Notes under the pieces: generated by a model
The model's input: only the letters and a program-made list of their open reading frames with translations
Databases searched by the model: none
Told to the model about the DNA's origin: nothing
From: Armatimonadota bacterium
Lineage (GTDB): Bacteria > Vulcanimicrobiota > JACPDS01 > JBDRKI01
Length of the DNA stretch: 64,000 nt
Direction: 5' to 3'
Assembly (NCBI GenBank): GCA_043814095.1
Contig: JBDRKI010000102.1
Location: 84,308 to 148,307, forward strand
Translations under genes and position numbers: made by a program
Part shown: positions 10,001 to 20,124 of the stretch, piece by piece
Numbering within the stretch: the first letter of the stretch is position 1
Layout: the number at the start of each line of letters is the position of its first letter

Positions 10001-10566
10001 GATTTTTTCCCGCTTACAAATGGGTTTCCTTTTATATAATACCTGTAAAGAAGTTCTGTCCCTTCTTTTATGCCTATCCTTGAGCTTTTTGCTGTATTTT
10101 TCACCTTTAACCCTGTATCTTTTATATACAAACCGCCCTTAAGAAGCGTTATCCCGTTATGCTTTTTATTTATGCCCAGGGCTTGAGTAAGTTTCCCGGG
10201 GCCGTTGGTTAAATTTTTTATATCATTAATTTTTCTTCTCTTTATCATTAAACCGGTATTAAGAGACGGTTCTACAGCCCGTATTAATACAGCACCCGCG
10301 ATATTATCTTTATGAGCCACAACATTAAAACAGTAATGGTTGCCGTATATGAAATAAACATATGATACCCCGGAAGAGCCGAACATTACAGAGTTCCTCG
10401 GGGTCTTTTTCCTTGCCGCGTGTGAAGCGGGATCGTTTTCTCCCATATAGCTCTCTGTCTCAACGATTATGCCTGCGGTTGATTCATTAACCAGCAGTTT
10501 GCCTAAAAGTTCACGTCCTACTATTCTTGTATCCCTGTTGTAAAATTCATAAGGTAAAACACACAT
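9997..10566 (-). CDS. 3-methyladenine DNA glycosylase (MPG/AAG family)
   Basis: IVETESY, DPASHA, YVYFIYGNHYCFNVV, AVLIRA, NGPGKL. Confidence 0.95.
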   Translation of the reverse strand: MCVLPYEFYNRDTRIVGRELLGKLLVNESTAGIIVETESYMGENDPASHAARKKTPRNSVMFGSSGVSYVYFIYGNHYCFNVVAHKDNIAGAVLIRAVEPSLNTGLMIKRRKINDIKNLTNGPGKLTQALGINKKHNGITLLKGGLYIKDTGLKVKNTAKSSRIGIKEGTELLYRYYIKGNPFVSGKKS

Positions 10567-10571
10567 AAGAT

Positions 10572-12296
10572 TTATCTCTTAATCCAGTTTATCAAATCAG
10601 AGCAGCTCTTTGTATTTATGATATCTTTTGCGGTAAGCCACCCGCGCCTTGCTACATTCACTCCGTATTCCATAAATTCAAGCTGGTTTACATGATGGCT
10701 GTCGGTATCTATTGAGAATACACACCCGAACTCCTTTGCTCTTTTACAGTAAATATCACGCAGATCCAGCCTGTCGGGGAAAGAATTTATTTCAAGCGCC
10801 GTATTATATTCCGCCGCGGACTTAAAGATTTCATCCCATTCAAGTTCTATCTCAGGCCTTGAACCCCATAACCGGCATGAAGGATGAGCTATAATATTTA
10901 CATAAGGATTTTTAATGGCTTTAACAATCCTTTTTGTCATCTCTTCCCTGGGAAGTTTAAAATGTGAATGTACGGAAGCTATTACTATATCCAGTTTTTT
11001 TAAAACAGAGTCCGGATAATCAAGAGATCCGTCTTTAAGGATATCTGTTTCCGCGCCTGCAAGAATTTTAATTTTACTGTCAGCTTTATTAAACTTTTCT
11101 ATCTCCAGGATCTGTTTTTCCAGATCTTTTATACTCATGCCCTTAGCTATCTTTAAGCTTTTAGAGTGATTTGTAACGGCAATATATTTATAACCTAATT
11201 TAGACGCGGCTTTTGCTATCTCGGGTATTGTGTTCACTCCGTCAGAACCCGTTGAATGTATATGAAGGTCTCCTTTTATGTCCTTTCTTTCAACAAGCTC
11301 GGGAAGCTTCCCTGAAAGGGCAATATCTATCTCTTCACCTGTCTGCCTTATTTCAGGAGGTATAAGGGGAAGACCAAATACTTTATATACATCTTCTTCC
11401 GCCTTACCGGCAACTTTTTTGCCGTCCTTAAGCCGGAAGACACCGTATTCGTTAACTTTGAATCCTTCTTTCTCAGCTAAGTGCCTCAACCTTATATTAT
11501 GCTGTTTGGAGCCGGTAAAATACTGCAATGCCGCACCGTAGCAGTCTTTATCAACAACCCTTAAATCTACCTGGAGCCCGTCTAAATTTATAACTGAGGA
11601 TTTTGTATCGCCTTTAGCCAGTATCTCTCTTGTAAAAGGCGCTTTTGTGAATATATCCATAACCCTTAAAGCTTCTTTTTTGTTTTCCGACCCGATAAGT
11701 ATATCTATATCGCCTATGTCTTCTTTCCTGCGCCTTAAACTGCCCCCCTCGCTTATAAGTTTAACGTTAAGACTGTCTTTAAGGTAATTTATTATCTCTT
11801 TTGCTATGGGAAGCGCGTTGCCTATTGATATCCTGCCGGAGAGCTTGCTTCTTAAATTTATGCCTCTTAATATATTGGCTTCTGTTTTTTCTCCGAACCC
11901 TTTTAAAACACTCAGTTTTCCTTCTTCGGCAAAAGCCTTAAGCTGTTCAACATCGCTTATCCCGAGATCTTTATAGACCTGTGCGGCTTTTTTAGGGCCC
12001 ATACCCGGTACAGCCATTATATCAAGAAGGCCCGGCGGGATATCTTTTTTTAACTCCTCCAGATAAGAACATCCCCCCGTTTTATTTATCTCTAATATTT
12101 TCTCCGCTATGCTCTCCCCTATTCCTTGTATCTTTCTAAGTTCGGGCACACTCTCTATCTTGGACATGTCCTGCGATAAATTCTCAATAGTCCTGCCTGC
12201 ATTACTGTATGCCCGGATCTTAAAAGGATTTTCGTCTTTAAGTTCCAGGTATTCCGCTATGGTGTAAAAAATATCAGATATGCTTTTGTTATTCAT
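10572..12296 (-). CDS. polX: DNA polymerase X with PHP domain
   Basis: HhH motifs, GSLRR..GDIDIL, YFTGSKQHN, PHP motifs DLHIHS and DTDSH. Confidence 0.96.
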   Translation of the reverse strand: MNNKSISDIFYTIAEYLELKDENPFKIRAYSNAGRTIENLSQDMSKIESVPELRKIQGIGESIAEKILEINKTGGCSYLEELKKDIPPGLLDIMAVPGMGPKKAAQVYKDLGISDVEQLKAFAEEGKLSVLKGFGEKTEANILRGINLRSKLSGRISIGNALPIAKEIINYLKDSLNVKLISEGGSLRRRKEDIGDIDILIGSENKKEALRVMDIFTKAPFTREILAKGDTKSSVINLDGLQVDLRVVDKDCYGAALQYFTGSKQHNIRLRHLAEKEGFKVNEYGVFRLKDGKKVAGKAEEDVYKVFGLPLIPPEIRQTGEEIDIALSGKLPELVERKDIKGDLHIHSTGSDGVNTIPEIAKAASKLGYKYIAVTNHSKSLKIAKGMSIKDLEKQILEIEKFNKADSKIKILAGAETDILKDGSLDYPDSVLKKLDIVIASVHSHFKLPREEMTKRIVKAIKNPYVNIIAHPSCRLWGSRPEIELEWDEIFKSAAEYNTALEINSFPDRLDLRDIYCKRAKEFGCVFSIDTDSHHVNQLEFMEYGVNVARRGWLTAKDIINTKSCSDLINWIKR

Positions 12297-12433
12297 AATA
12301 TTTATTCAACCTTATAATATACTGTTTCGTTATGATTTTAATATATTTTTTATAAAAAACAATAGTAACACCAAATAACATTTATCCAGCATTACTATTG
12401 AATATACAGCTTAAATTTTAAAGAGTCAAATTA

Positions 12434-12727
12434 TTATTTATCTTCTACTCTTAAAACAACCCCGCCGAGTTTCATGGCAACTATATTATATATCAGCGCC
12501 CAGAAAGCTCCCGCTATAAAGCCGCCGATACCGTATATAATCGGGAAAATGATTATGGAAAAGAAACCGAAACCCATACCAATACCTGCTTTACCGCCTA
12601 TTAATCCGCCGGCAATACTGCCGAAAGCGATAAAAATACCCGCTATAAAACCTATTACAATGCCCATACCAAGCGCAATTTTCGCCCAGGACATTACATC
12701 TACTGTTTTTATCTCCATATTTTTCAT
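12434..12727 (-). CDS. Small two-TM membrane protein (DUF3566-like)
   Basis: IKTVDVMSWAK...IYNIVAMKLGGV pattern; AGGAGG RBS before ATG 12727. Confidence 0.6.
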   Translation of the reverse strand: MKNMEIKTVDVMSWAKIALGMGIVIGFIAGIFIAFGSIAGGLIGGKAGIGMGFGFFSIIIFPIIYGIGGFIAGAFWALIYNIVAMKLGGVVLRVEDK

Positions 12728-12816
12728 GAGACAGCCTCCTTGCAATATTTATAATACCTATACTTTTCTTTAAACGACATTATTTTCCTGCAAAAATACA
12801 TAATATTAAATAAGGT

Positions 12817-12845
12817 TTGACATAATATATTGATTTTATTATACT
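12817..12845 (+). promoter_or_regulatory. sigma70 promoter of ffh
   Basis: TTGACA-17 nt-TATACT. Confidence 0.7.
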
Positions 12846-12888
12846 AATGCATAATTAATAACATATTTATTTAAGAGGTATGATTTTA

Positions 12889-14217
12889 ATGTTTGCCAAC
12901 CTTCAGAATAAACTTAATGAAGTATTTAAGAAACTCCGTTCACGCGGAAAATTAACTGAAAAAGACGTTACGGAAGCTTTAAGGGAAGTAAGAATCGCTC
13001 TTTTAGAGGCAGATGTCAATCTTAAAGTTGCCCGTGATTTTATCAATAAAGTAAAAGAAAAAGCCGTGGGTGAAGCCGTATGGAACAGCTTAACCCCGGG
13101 CCAGCTTGTCATTAAATACGTAAAAGACGAGATGGTTACACTTATGGGTCAGGTAAACGAGAAAATTAATTTCGCAAGCCAGGGTCCTACCGTAATTATG
13201 ATTGTGGGGCTCCACGGCGGCGGTAAGACAACAACTACGGGCAAGCTTGCCAATATGCTGAGAAAAGAAGGAAAGTCACCTCTTCTTGTTCCCGCTGATG
13301 TATACAGGCCTGCTGCCATAAAACAGCTGCAGGTACTCGGGAAACAGCTTGATATGCCGGTTTTTGACTCAAAAGAAAACCTTACCCCTCTTCAGATATG
13401 TAAACAAGCTATAGAACAGGCGGATAAAAGCGCTAATGATGTAATTATTATAGATACGGCAGGCAGACTCCATATAGACAGTGAATTGATGAATGAATTA
13501 ATTGAGCTTAAAAACACGCTCTCCCCCCAGGAAGTGCTTCTTGTAGTGGACTCCATGACCGGTCAGGAAGCGGTTAAAATTGCCGGTGAATTTGATGAAA
13601 ACCTTAATATAACAGGGGTGATACTTACTAAACTTGACGGAGATTCCAGAGGCGGCGCCGCGTTATCGGTTAAGGCCGTTACCGGCAAGCCCATAAAATT
13701 TATAGGCATAGGCGAAAAACTGGACGCCATAGAGCCCTTCCACCCTGACAGAATAACTTCACGAGTGCTGGGCATGGGCGATGTATTAAGCTTAATAGAA
13801 AAAGCCGAGAGTACTTTTGAGGTTGATCACGCTAAAAAACTGCATGAAAAACTGAAAAAACTTGATTTTGATCTTGAGGATTTCTTAGAGCAGTTAAACC
13901 AGATGAAGAAAATGGGTCCCATGGACCAGATACTGGGTATGATCCCGGGTTTTGCCCAGAATAAAGCGTTGAAAAACGTTCAGGTTGACGAAAACCAGAT
14001 GAAGCGTATTGAAGCCATAATCCAATCCATGACAAAAGAAGAAAGATTAAACCCCAATCTTCTGAACGCAAGCCGTAAAAAAAGAGTGGCGGCGGGAAGC
14101 GGAGCGGAAGTTTCCGAAATAAATAAACTCTTAAAACAGTTTGAAATGACCAAAAAAATGCTTAAACAGGTAAGCAGTATGGGGACCAAAGGGCTCAAAC
14201 TCCCGTTTTTTGGCTAA
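12889..14217 (+). CDS. ffh: Signal recognition particle protein
   Basis: ALLEADV, GLHGGGKTTT, DTAGR, TKLDGDSRGG, Met-rich M domain; ORF also allows ATG 12880. Confidence 0.98.
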   Translation: MFANLQNKLNEVFKKLRSRGKLTEKDVTEALREVRIALLEADVNLKVARDFINKVKEKAVGEAVWNSLTPGQLVIKYVKDEMVTLMGQVNEKINFASQGPTVIMIVGLHGGGKTTTTGKLANMLRKEGKSPLLVPADVYRPAAIKQLQVLGKQLDMPVFDSKENLTPLQICKQAIEQADKSANDVIIIDTAGRLHIDSELMNELIELKNTLSPQEVLLVVDSMTGQEAVKIAGEFDENLNITGVILTKLDGDSRGGAALSVKAVTGKPIKFIGIGEKLDAIEPFHPDRITSRVLGMGDVLSLIEKAESTFEVDHAKKLHEKLKKLDFDLEDFLEQLNQMKKMGPMDQILGMIPGFAQNKALKNVQVDENQMKRIEAIIQSMTKEERLNPNLLNASRKKRVAAGSGAEVSEINKLLKQFEMTKKMLKQVSSMGTKGLKLPFFG

Positions 14218-14222
14218 GGGTA

Positions 14223-14251
14223 TTGTATTTTTTTAAAACTTTTATTATAAT
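14223..14251 (+). promoter_or_regulatory. sigma70 promoter of rpsP operon
   Basis: TTGTAT-17 nt-TATAAT. Confidence 0.6.
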
Positions 14252-14288
14252 GAGGTGTTTATAAAACACTGTCAAGGAGGTGAAACAG

Positions 14289-14741
14289 TTGTTAAGATTA
14301 AGACTGAAACGAGTAGGCAAGAAAAAACAGCCGTCATACCGACTGGTTGCTATTGATTCCAGATGCCCGAGAGATGGTAGAGTGGTAGAAGAACTGGGAT
14401 ACTATAATCCCCGTACCAGCCCGAGAACTATAGTTTTTAATGATGAAAGAGTGCTGACCCTTTTGAAAACAGGAGCATCACCTTCAGACATCGTTAAAAA
14501 ACTGTTCATTGAAACAGGTCTATGGGAAAGCTTCACAGGCAAAAAAGAAACCCTGGTTTACAGAAGCACTAAAGCTCCCAAGAAAAAAACCCAGGAAAGA
14601 ATGAAGCAGGAACAGGAAAAACAGGAAAAACTGGCAAAAGAGCAGGCTGAAAAAGAAACAGTAAAAGAAGAAGTTGCAGAAATAAAAGCAGAAGAAACAA
14701 CAGAAACAGAAACTCAAAACGAAACAACCACTACCGCTTAA
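14289..14741 (+). CDS. rpsP: 30S ribosomal protein S16 with charged C-terminal extension
   Basis: [24 protein letters not shown]...LGYYNP; TTG start after AGGAGG. Confidence 0.96.
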   Translation: MLRLRLKRVGKKKQPSYRLVAIDSRCPRDGRVVEELGYYNPRTSPRTIVFNDERVLTLLKTGASPSDIVKKLFIETGLWESFTGKKETLVYRSTKAPKKKTQERMKQEQEKQEKLAKEQAEKETVKEEVAEIKAEETTETETQNETTTTA

Positions 14742-14758
14742 AATTAAGGAGGAATACC

Positions 14759-14986
14759 ATGAAAGAATTACTCATTTATATCGCCAAATCACTGGTTGAT
14801 AGCCCGGATAGCGTTCAGGTCAGCGAAGTTCAGGGTGAAAGATCCACAATACTTGAATTAAAAGTATCACCTGAAGATATGGGTAAAGTTATCGGTAAAC
14901 AGGGCCGCATAGCACAGGCTTTAAGAACCATAGTCAAAGCCGCCGCTGTTAAAGAAGGCAAGAGAATAATGATAGAAATTATGTAA
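14759..14986 (+). CDS. khpA: KH-domain RNA-binding protein KhpA (YlqC)
   Basis: [18 protein letters not shown]; conserved position after rpsP. Confidence 0.95.
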   Translation: MKELLIYIAKSLVDSPDSVQVSEVQGERSTILELKVSPEDMGKVIGKQGRIAQALRTIVKAAAVKEGKRIMIEIM

Positions 14987-15001
14987 TATTAGGAGATTTT
15001 A

Positions 15002-15364
15002 GTGAAGGCTCTTGAAATTAAAAGACCTGTTCTGGTCAAAGTAATAATAACCAAGGGGTTTAAAGAGCAGATTGTACAGGAATCCAGAGAAGCCATTACA
15101 AACATTGATAAAGATCTGGAAACCATAAAGAATATTCCCGCTTCAGAGGATACCAAAAGGCAGACCGAATACCTTAACAGTTTAAAAGAGGATTTTCAGA
15201 GGAAAATAAAAGATTTTGATGTTGTAAAAGAAGGACAGGAACTCCCTTTTAAAACCTTAGAAGGCATTGCCAAGCTGGAAGTGGGCGACAATCTGCTTGA
15301 AAAACTTACTCAAACAGAAGTGGTGATAAAGGATTGGATTATACAGGAAATACGCCACGATTAA
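15002..15364 (+). CDS. ylqD: YlqD-family protein
   Basis: IKRPVLVKVIIT, coiled coil, VGDNL...VVIKD; position between khpA and rimM. Confidence 0.8.
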   Translation: MKALEIKRPVLVKVIITKGFKEQIVQESREAITNIDKDLETIKNIPASEDTKRQTEYLNSLKEDFQRKIKDFDVVKEGQELPFKTLEGIAKLEVGDNLLEKLTQTEVVIKDWIIQEIRHD

Positions 15365-15870
15365 AATTTATAACCATCGGTAAAATCATAGGTCGCTTTG
15401 GGATACGCGGTCAGGTTAAAATACAAATTTTAACCGACTTCCCAGAGCGTTTTTTTTCCGGGGAGGAGCTGTATATCCATATTCCTTCTTCCCCGGATCC
15501 GGTTACAATTTCCATCTCCGGTGCGTTTAACCATAAAGGGGCTATAGTCGCCAACATATCAAACTGTTCATCTCCGGAGGATGCCGATAAGATTAAAGGC
15601 GCGGAAATCAAGATAACAGAAGCCCAGTTAAAAAAACTTGATGATAATACTTATTATCATTTTGACTTAATAGGAATGGAAGTTTACAATACTAAAGATT
15701 CAAATATAGGGAAAATAAAGGATATTATAAGTCTGCCCAGCAATGATGTTTACATAGTAAAATTAAAAAACGGAAAAGAGCTTTTAGTACCGGCCATAAA
15801 CAGATACATAAAAAAAGTTGATGTAGATAACAAGAAAATTATTATTGAAGAACCAGAATACACGGAGTAA
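15334..15870 (+). CDS. rimM: Ribosome maturation factor RimM
   Basis: IGKIIGRFGIRGQVKI..TDFPERF; PRC barrel YYHFDLIG. Confidence 0.95.
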   Translation: MDYTGNTPRLKFITIGKIIGRFGIRGQVKIQILTDFPERFFSGEELYIHIPSSPDPVTISISGAFNHKGAIVANISNCSSPEDADKIKGAEIKITEAQLKKLDDNTYYHFDLIGMEVYNTKDSNIGKIKDIISLPSNDVYIVKLKNGKELLVPAINRYIKKVDVDNKKIIIEEPEYTE

Positions 15871-15873
15871 TTA

Positions 15874-16614
15874 ATGCGTATAGATATTATAACAATATTC
15901 CCCGAAATATTTACACCTCTTTTTACAAGCATTTTAAAAAGAGCACAGGATAAAAAGCTCCTTTCAATCAATATAATTAATCTGAGGGACTTTACCTCTG
16001 ACAAACACAGAACCGTGGATGATTCCCCTTACGGAGGGGGCGCCGGTATGGTCATGAAAATAGAGCCTGTATATAAAGCGGTAAAATCAATTAAAGACTC
16101 CTCCCCTGACGCCAAAGTCATACTTATGTGCCCTAAAGGAAAAGTATTTACCCAGACAGGGGCCGTAAATCTTTCCAAAGAATCCCACATCATATTCATA
16201 TGCGGCCATTATGAAGATATAGATGAAAGAGTAAGGAAATTGCTTGTTGATATTGAGATATCCATAGGAGATTACGTTTTAACAGGGGGTGAAATACCCG
16301 CCATGGCGGTTATAGACGCCGTATCAAGACTCCTCCCGGGCGTTATTGAGAAAGAGTCACTGGAAGAAGAATCCTTTAATAATAACCTCTTAGAATACCC
16401 CCATTATACAAGACCCGAGGAATTTGAAGGTTTAAAAGTGCCGGATATACTAAAAAGCGGGAACCATAAAGAAATACAAAAATGGAGAAGAAAAGAGTCT
16501 CTAATAAAGACATACAAAAAAAGGCCCGATATACTTGAAAAAGCAAGCCTTTCAGAAGAAGATATATCCATCCTTGAAGAAGCAAAAAGGAAATTTAATG
16601 CCGATGAAGTATAA
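15874..16614 (+). CDS. trmD: tRNA (guanine37-N1)-methyltransferase
   Basis: [33 protein letters not shown]. Confidence 0.98.
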   Translation: MRIDIITIFPEIFTPLFTSILKRAQDKKLLSINIINLRDFTSDKHRTVDDSPYGGGAGMVMKIEPVYKAVKSIKDSSPDAKVILMCPKGKVFTQTGAVNLSKESHIIFICGHYEDIDERVRKLLVDIEISIGDYVLTGGEIPAMAVIDAVSRLLPGVIEKESLEEESFNNNLLEYPHYTRPEEFEGLKVPDILKSGNHKEIQKWRRKESLIKTYKKRPDILEKASLSEEDISILEEAKRKFNADEV

Positions 16615-16647
16615 GATATAACATAAAATAAATATCCGGAGGTTATT

Positions 16648-16893
16648 ATGGTACAGTCCTACATATTAATTGAAACAGAACCAGGCAGAATAAAAGAAAT
16701 AGTTGACGAGCTCACAAAAATGAAAGAGGTAAAATCGGTATGCGGGGTTACAGGGCCTTATGACGTAATCGCCTGCGCCGAAACGGAGAATATGGATATT
16801 CTCGGGGACCTGATAATGAAAAAGGTACAGAAGATCTCCGGGATAAGAAAGACCATGTCCTGCCTCTGCACCTACTGCGCGCTCTGTAAATAA
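16648..16893 (+). CDS. Lrp/AsnC ligand-binding (RAM) domain protein with Cys-rich tail
   Basis: YILIETEPG...VTGPYDVIA; ends SCLCTYCALCK. Confidence 0.8.
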   Translation: MVQSYILIETEPGRIKEIVDELTKMKEVKSVCGVTGPYDVIACAETENMDILGDLIMKKVQKISGIRKTMSCLCTYCALCK

Positions 16894-16930
16894 GAACATA
16901 GATTAATCAGGACAAGTAATAGTATCGGAT

Positions 16931-16972
16931 TATACTCCATTTTGAGTACAATTGTACTTAAAATGGAGTATA
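16931..16972. terminator. 42-bp near-perfect palindrome between convergent genes; probable bidirectional terminator
   Basis: TATACTCCATTTTGAGTACAA|TTGTACTTAAAATGGAGTATA, one mismatch. Confidence 0.55.
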
Positions 16973-16973
16973 T

Positions 16974-18809
16974 TTATTTCTCCTCTTCTTTCTTATGGTA
17001 TTTCTCATAGTAGCATTTAGCTATGTCATAAGCCACAGGTGCGGCTATATCTCCCCCGAACCTTCCCGACTGCTCAAAGAATACAGTAACCACTATCTCA
17101 GGTGGGGTATTTTTATCATAAGGGGCAAAACAGGTAAACCAAGTATGGTTTCTGCCGTAAGGATTTATCTGGGTAGACAGATTTTCAACAGTTCCTGTTT
17201 TTCCGGCTATCTTAAATTCTTTTATGTTTAACCCGGCTGCGGTTCCTTTTTCGGTAACCATGGACATCCCCTCTTTTATAATCTCAAAGGTTTCATTCTT
17301 TATATCTGATGTGCCGGTATTTTCCGAAATTAAAAATTCTTTTATGGTTTTATCTTCCGGGTCTGTAATCTTTTGGGCTATAAAAGGCTTAAAGGATTTA
17401 CCTCTGTTCGCAAGCTTCTGGGTCATCTGGGAAACCTGTATGGGTGTAACCTGCAAAAACCCCTGCCCTATTGATAAATTTACCGTATCACCGGGATACC
17501 ATTTCTCTCCCAGAGTTTTTTCTTTCCATTTTTCATCAGGCAGAAGCCCTTTTATCTCTTCTGAAAGGTCAATACCGGTTAAACTGCCAAGACCGTAAGC
17601 ATCAGCATATTTTAATATCTTATCTACTCCCAGCTTCTCGCCTAATCTATAGAATACAACATCGCATGAATAAGCTATTGCTTCAAGAAAATTTATACTG
17701 CCGTGCCCGGCTTTCTGGAAGCAGTTAAACCTTATATTCCCCACATTGTAGTATCCGGGGCAGTAAAGTACTGTATCTTTTTCAACCAGATTGTTCTCAA
17801 GAGCCGCGGTTGAAGTTACTATCTTAAATGTGGAGGCGCACGGAAAAGAAGTTGATACATTCCTGTTTAAAAGGGGGTGGAAATTCTCCAGTATAAGTTC
17901 TTTATACTGCTTATGGCTCATGCCTTTTATAAAGAGGTTGGGGTCATAATCAGGCCAGCTTACCATGGCAAGAACTTTCCCTGTTCTTGCATCTATGCAT
18001 ACCGCAGAGGCGCCTACATCATACACCCCTGAAGCTTTAAGGGAATTGATCGTCTTCTTTACGGATTTGTAAGCGCAGTTCTGGATATCGGCATCTATGT
18101 TAAGATAAAGATTATTGCCCGGGACAGGAGGTCTCTGACCTAAAGATTTCACAATGCGTCCGGAAGAGTCAACAAGCATTAATTTAGCGCCGTCTTTGCC
18201 GCGCAGGCATTCTTCATACTGCTTCTCAAGACCCTGCTTGCCTATTAAATCACCGGGTTTGTAACCGTAAGCTTTTAATTTAGCAAGCTCTTCTTCATCC
18301 ACCTCACCCACAAAACCGAGAATATGGGATCCTGCATCCTTATTTACATACTCCCTTATGGGTTCCACGTGTATATATATGCCGGGGTATTTATCTTTTG
18401 ATTCTTCAAGTTTGAAAAGCTGGAGTTTCGTTATATTATCCTTTATTTTTATCGCTCTTGATTTATCATAATTGTTTTCCTTGATCAGCCTGTATATTTC
18501 TTTTTCTTTTACCTTTAAAAATTTTGAGAGTTCTTTTATGGTGGCAGAATAATTTACCATCTGGTCAGGTATAATGTATACGTCAAAACTGGGCTTATTC
18601 TTAACAAGAACCCTGCCTTCCCTGTCGTATATGATCCCCCTGGGGGCTTTAATGGGCATCTGGAGAATCATATTGTCTTTTGCCCTCTGGCTGTAATAAC
18701 TGCCCTTTATTACCTGAAGGTAAACTAATCTTGCGAATAATACAATTAAAGCGGCAAAGAGTATTATTTTAAAATATTTTAAGCGTTTATTATAATCCTG
18801 CTGGTCCAT
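16974..18809 (-). CDS. mrdA: Penicillin-binding protein 2
   Basis: APRGIIYDR, STFK, SCD, KTGT motifs; follows mreBCD. Confidence 0.95.
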   Translation of the reverse strand: MDQQDYNKRLKYFKIILFAALIVLFARLVYLQVIKGSYYSQRAKDNMILQMPIKAPRGIIYDREGRVLVKNKPSFDVYIIPDQMVNYSATIKELSKFLKVKEKEIYRLIKENNYDKSRAIKIKDNITKLQLFKLEESKDKYPGIYIHVEPIREYVNKDAGSHILGFVGEVDEEELAKLKAYGYKPGDLIGKQGLEKQYEECLRGKDGAKLMLVDSSGRIVKSLGQRPPVPGNNLYLNIDADIQNCAYKSVKKTINSLKASGVYDVGASAVCIDARTGKVLAMVSWPDYDPNLFIKGMSHKQYKELILENFHPLLNRNVSTSFPCASTFKIVTSTAALENNLVEKDTVLYCPGYYNVGNIRFNCFQKAGHGSINFLEAIAYSCDVVFYRLGEKLGVDKILKYADAYGLGSLTGIDLSEEIKGLLPDEKWKEKTLGEKWYPGDTVNLSIGQGFLQVTPIQVSQMTQKLANRGKSFKPFIAQKITDPEDKTIKEFLISENTGTSDIKNETFEIIKEGMSMVTEKGTAAGLNIKEFKIAGKTGTVENLSTQINPYGRNHTWFTCFAPYDKNTPPEIVVTVFFEQSGRFGGDIAAPVAYDIAKCYYEKYHKKEEEK

Positions 18810-18818
18810 AATCCTGCC

Positions 18819-19313
18819 TTAAAAACGGTTATAGAATTTAAGTTTATCCTCTCTTGAAAATAGATAATCGTATAAATAGCAAAAGGGAATTATAATTACC
18901 GTGTTTAGTATTAGGCGGTAAATAATGTCTTCAAATATATAGAACTGTATGTTCGGATACAGAAAAGAAAAGACATAGAATATCAATTCATTAACTATCG
19001 TAAATATTATACCTGATGTCACGGGGAAAAGAAGGGGTATATTCTCGTAAAAGATTCTTTTTTTGAAAAGTATTATCAGGAAACTTATAATGCTTAAGGA
19101 TATAAGGTAGATGCCCCATATATCGGTAAAAAAGAGCCCTTCAATAAGCCCTGCCGTAAACGACAGAAATAATGCTCTCTCCGGAGGCTCATATATGCTT
19201 ATACATATAACCATGATTAAAATAAAATCAGGCCGTACAGGGGTTGTAAAAAAAGTTGCCTGCATTAATGAGAGAATAAAAAAAGTTAAAATGAGCAGTA
19301 AATAACGCATCAT
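18819..19313 (-). CDS. mreD: Rod shape-determining protein MreD
   Basis: Hydrophobic 164 aa with PDFIL motif, between mreC and mrdA. Confidence 0.8.
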   Translation of the reverse strand: MMRYLLLILTFFILSLMQATFFTTPVRPDFILIMVICISIYEPPERALFLSFTAGLIEGLFFTDIWGIYLISLSIISFLIILFKKRIFYENIPLLFPVTSGIIFTIVNELIFYVFSFLYPNIQFYIFEDIIYRLILNTVIIIPFCYLYDYLFSREDKLKFYNRF

Positions 19314-19316
19314 TCC

Positions 19317-20114
19317 CTACTTTACAATGTATAAATAATCAATTTTATTTAAGCTTACAGAAGGCTTTAATATTAATTCTTTATACATATAATCTTCAGA
19401 CCCTATAACCTTTTTAACCGTGCCTACGGGTATATCCTGAGGCGCCCCGTTCATGCCTGAAGTAACCACAAGGTCTCCTATATCAATTTTAGCTGAGCTG
19501 TCTATATATTTTACAATGCATTCCTTGCCCTTATAGCCGTATACAAGGCCGGTATCGCCTGTTTTTAATACCTTACACGCGGCAACAAATTTAGGACTTG
19601 TAATAAGCCTTACTTTTGAATGACTTTTATAGACAGAAAATACCTTTCCCGCCAACCCCCCCGGAGATACAGCAAGAGCATCTTCTTTTATGCCTGAGGA
19701 AGCACCTTTGTCTATTTCAACAAAATCAAACCATAGATTGGGGGATCTGCCTATTACCTTTACGGCCACCTTCCCTTTTATTTTATCATTCCCGATATCA
19801 AGAAGTTTTTTTAAGTAATTATTCTCTTCCTTATACCTTTTAAGATCATTAATCTTATTTTCCAGAACCGCGTTCTCTTTTACAAGTTCGGTATTCTCTT
19901 TTGCTATCTGATTTACATGGAACAGGTTGTAGAAAAAATTCTTAAAGCCTGATGATGCGCCTGCTGATGCTGTCTGGACCTTCCCAATACCCGTATATTT
20001 AGCATCCTCAACCATATTATTAGCTCCGGGTGTATTGCAGGATAAAATGAATACAAGAACGGATAATGCGATAATCAGCGCGAATACATACCATTTCTTA
20101 TCAATATCAAACAT
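19317..20114 (-). CDS. mreC: Rod shape-determining protein MreC
   Basis: TM helix, coiled coil (EEN..LK.LL), IDKG...GI, GDLVVTSG. Confidence 0.92.
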   Translation of the reverse strand: MFDIDKKWYVFALIIALSVLVFILSCNTPGANNMVEDAKYTGIGKVQTASAGASSGFKNFFYNLFHVNQIAKENTELVKENAVLENKINDLKRYKEENNYLKKLLDIGNDKIKGKVAVKVIGRSPNLWFDFVEIDKGASSGIKEDALAVSPGGLAGKVFSVYKSHSKVRLITSPKFVAACKVLKTGDTGLVYGYKGKECIVKYIDSSAKIDIGDLVVTSGMNGAPQDIPVGTVKKVIGSEDYMYKELILKPSVSLNKIDYLYIVK

Positions 20115-20124
20115 AATTTTCCCT

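Noticed and set aside
9997-12296. polX next to an alkylpurine glycosylase as a new repair system
   Set aside because: Both are known base-excision repair enzymes; adjacency is unsurprising
14540-14741. Long charged C-terminal tail of S16
   Set aside because: Such extensions are common in several phyla
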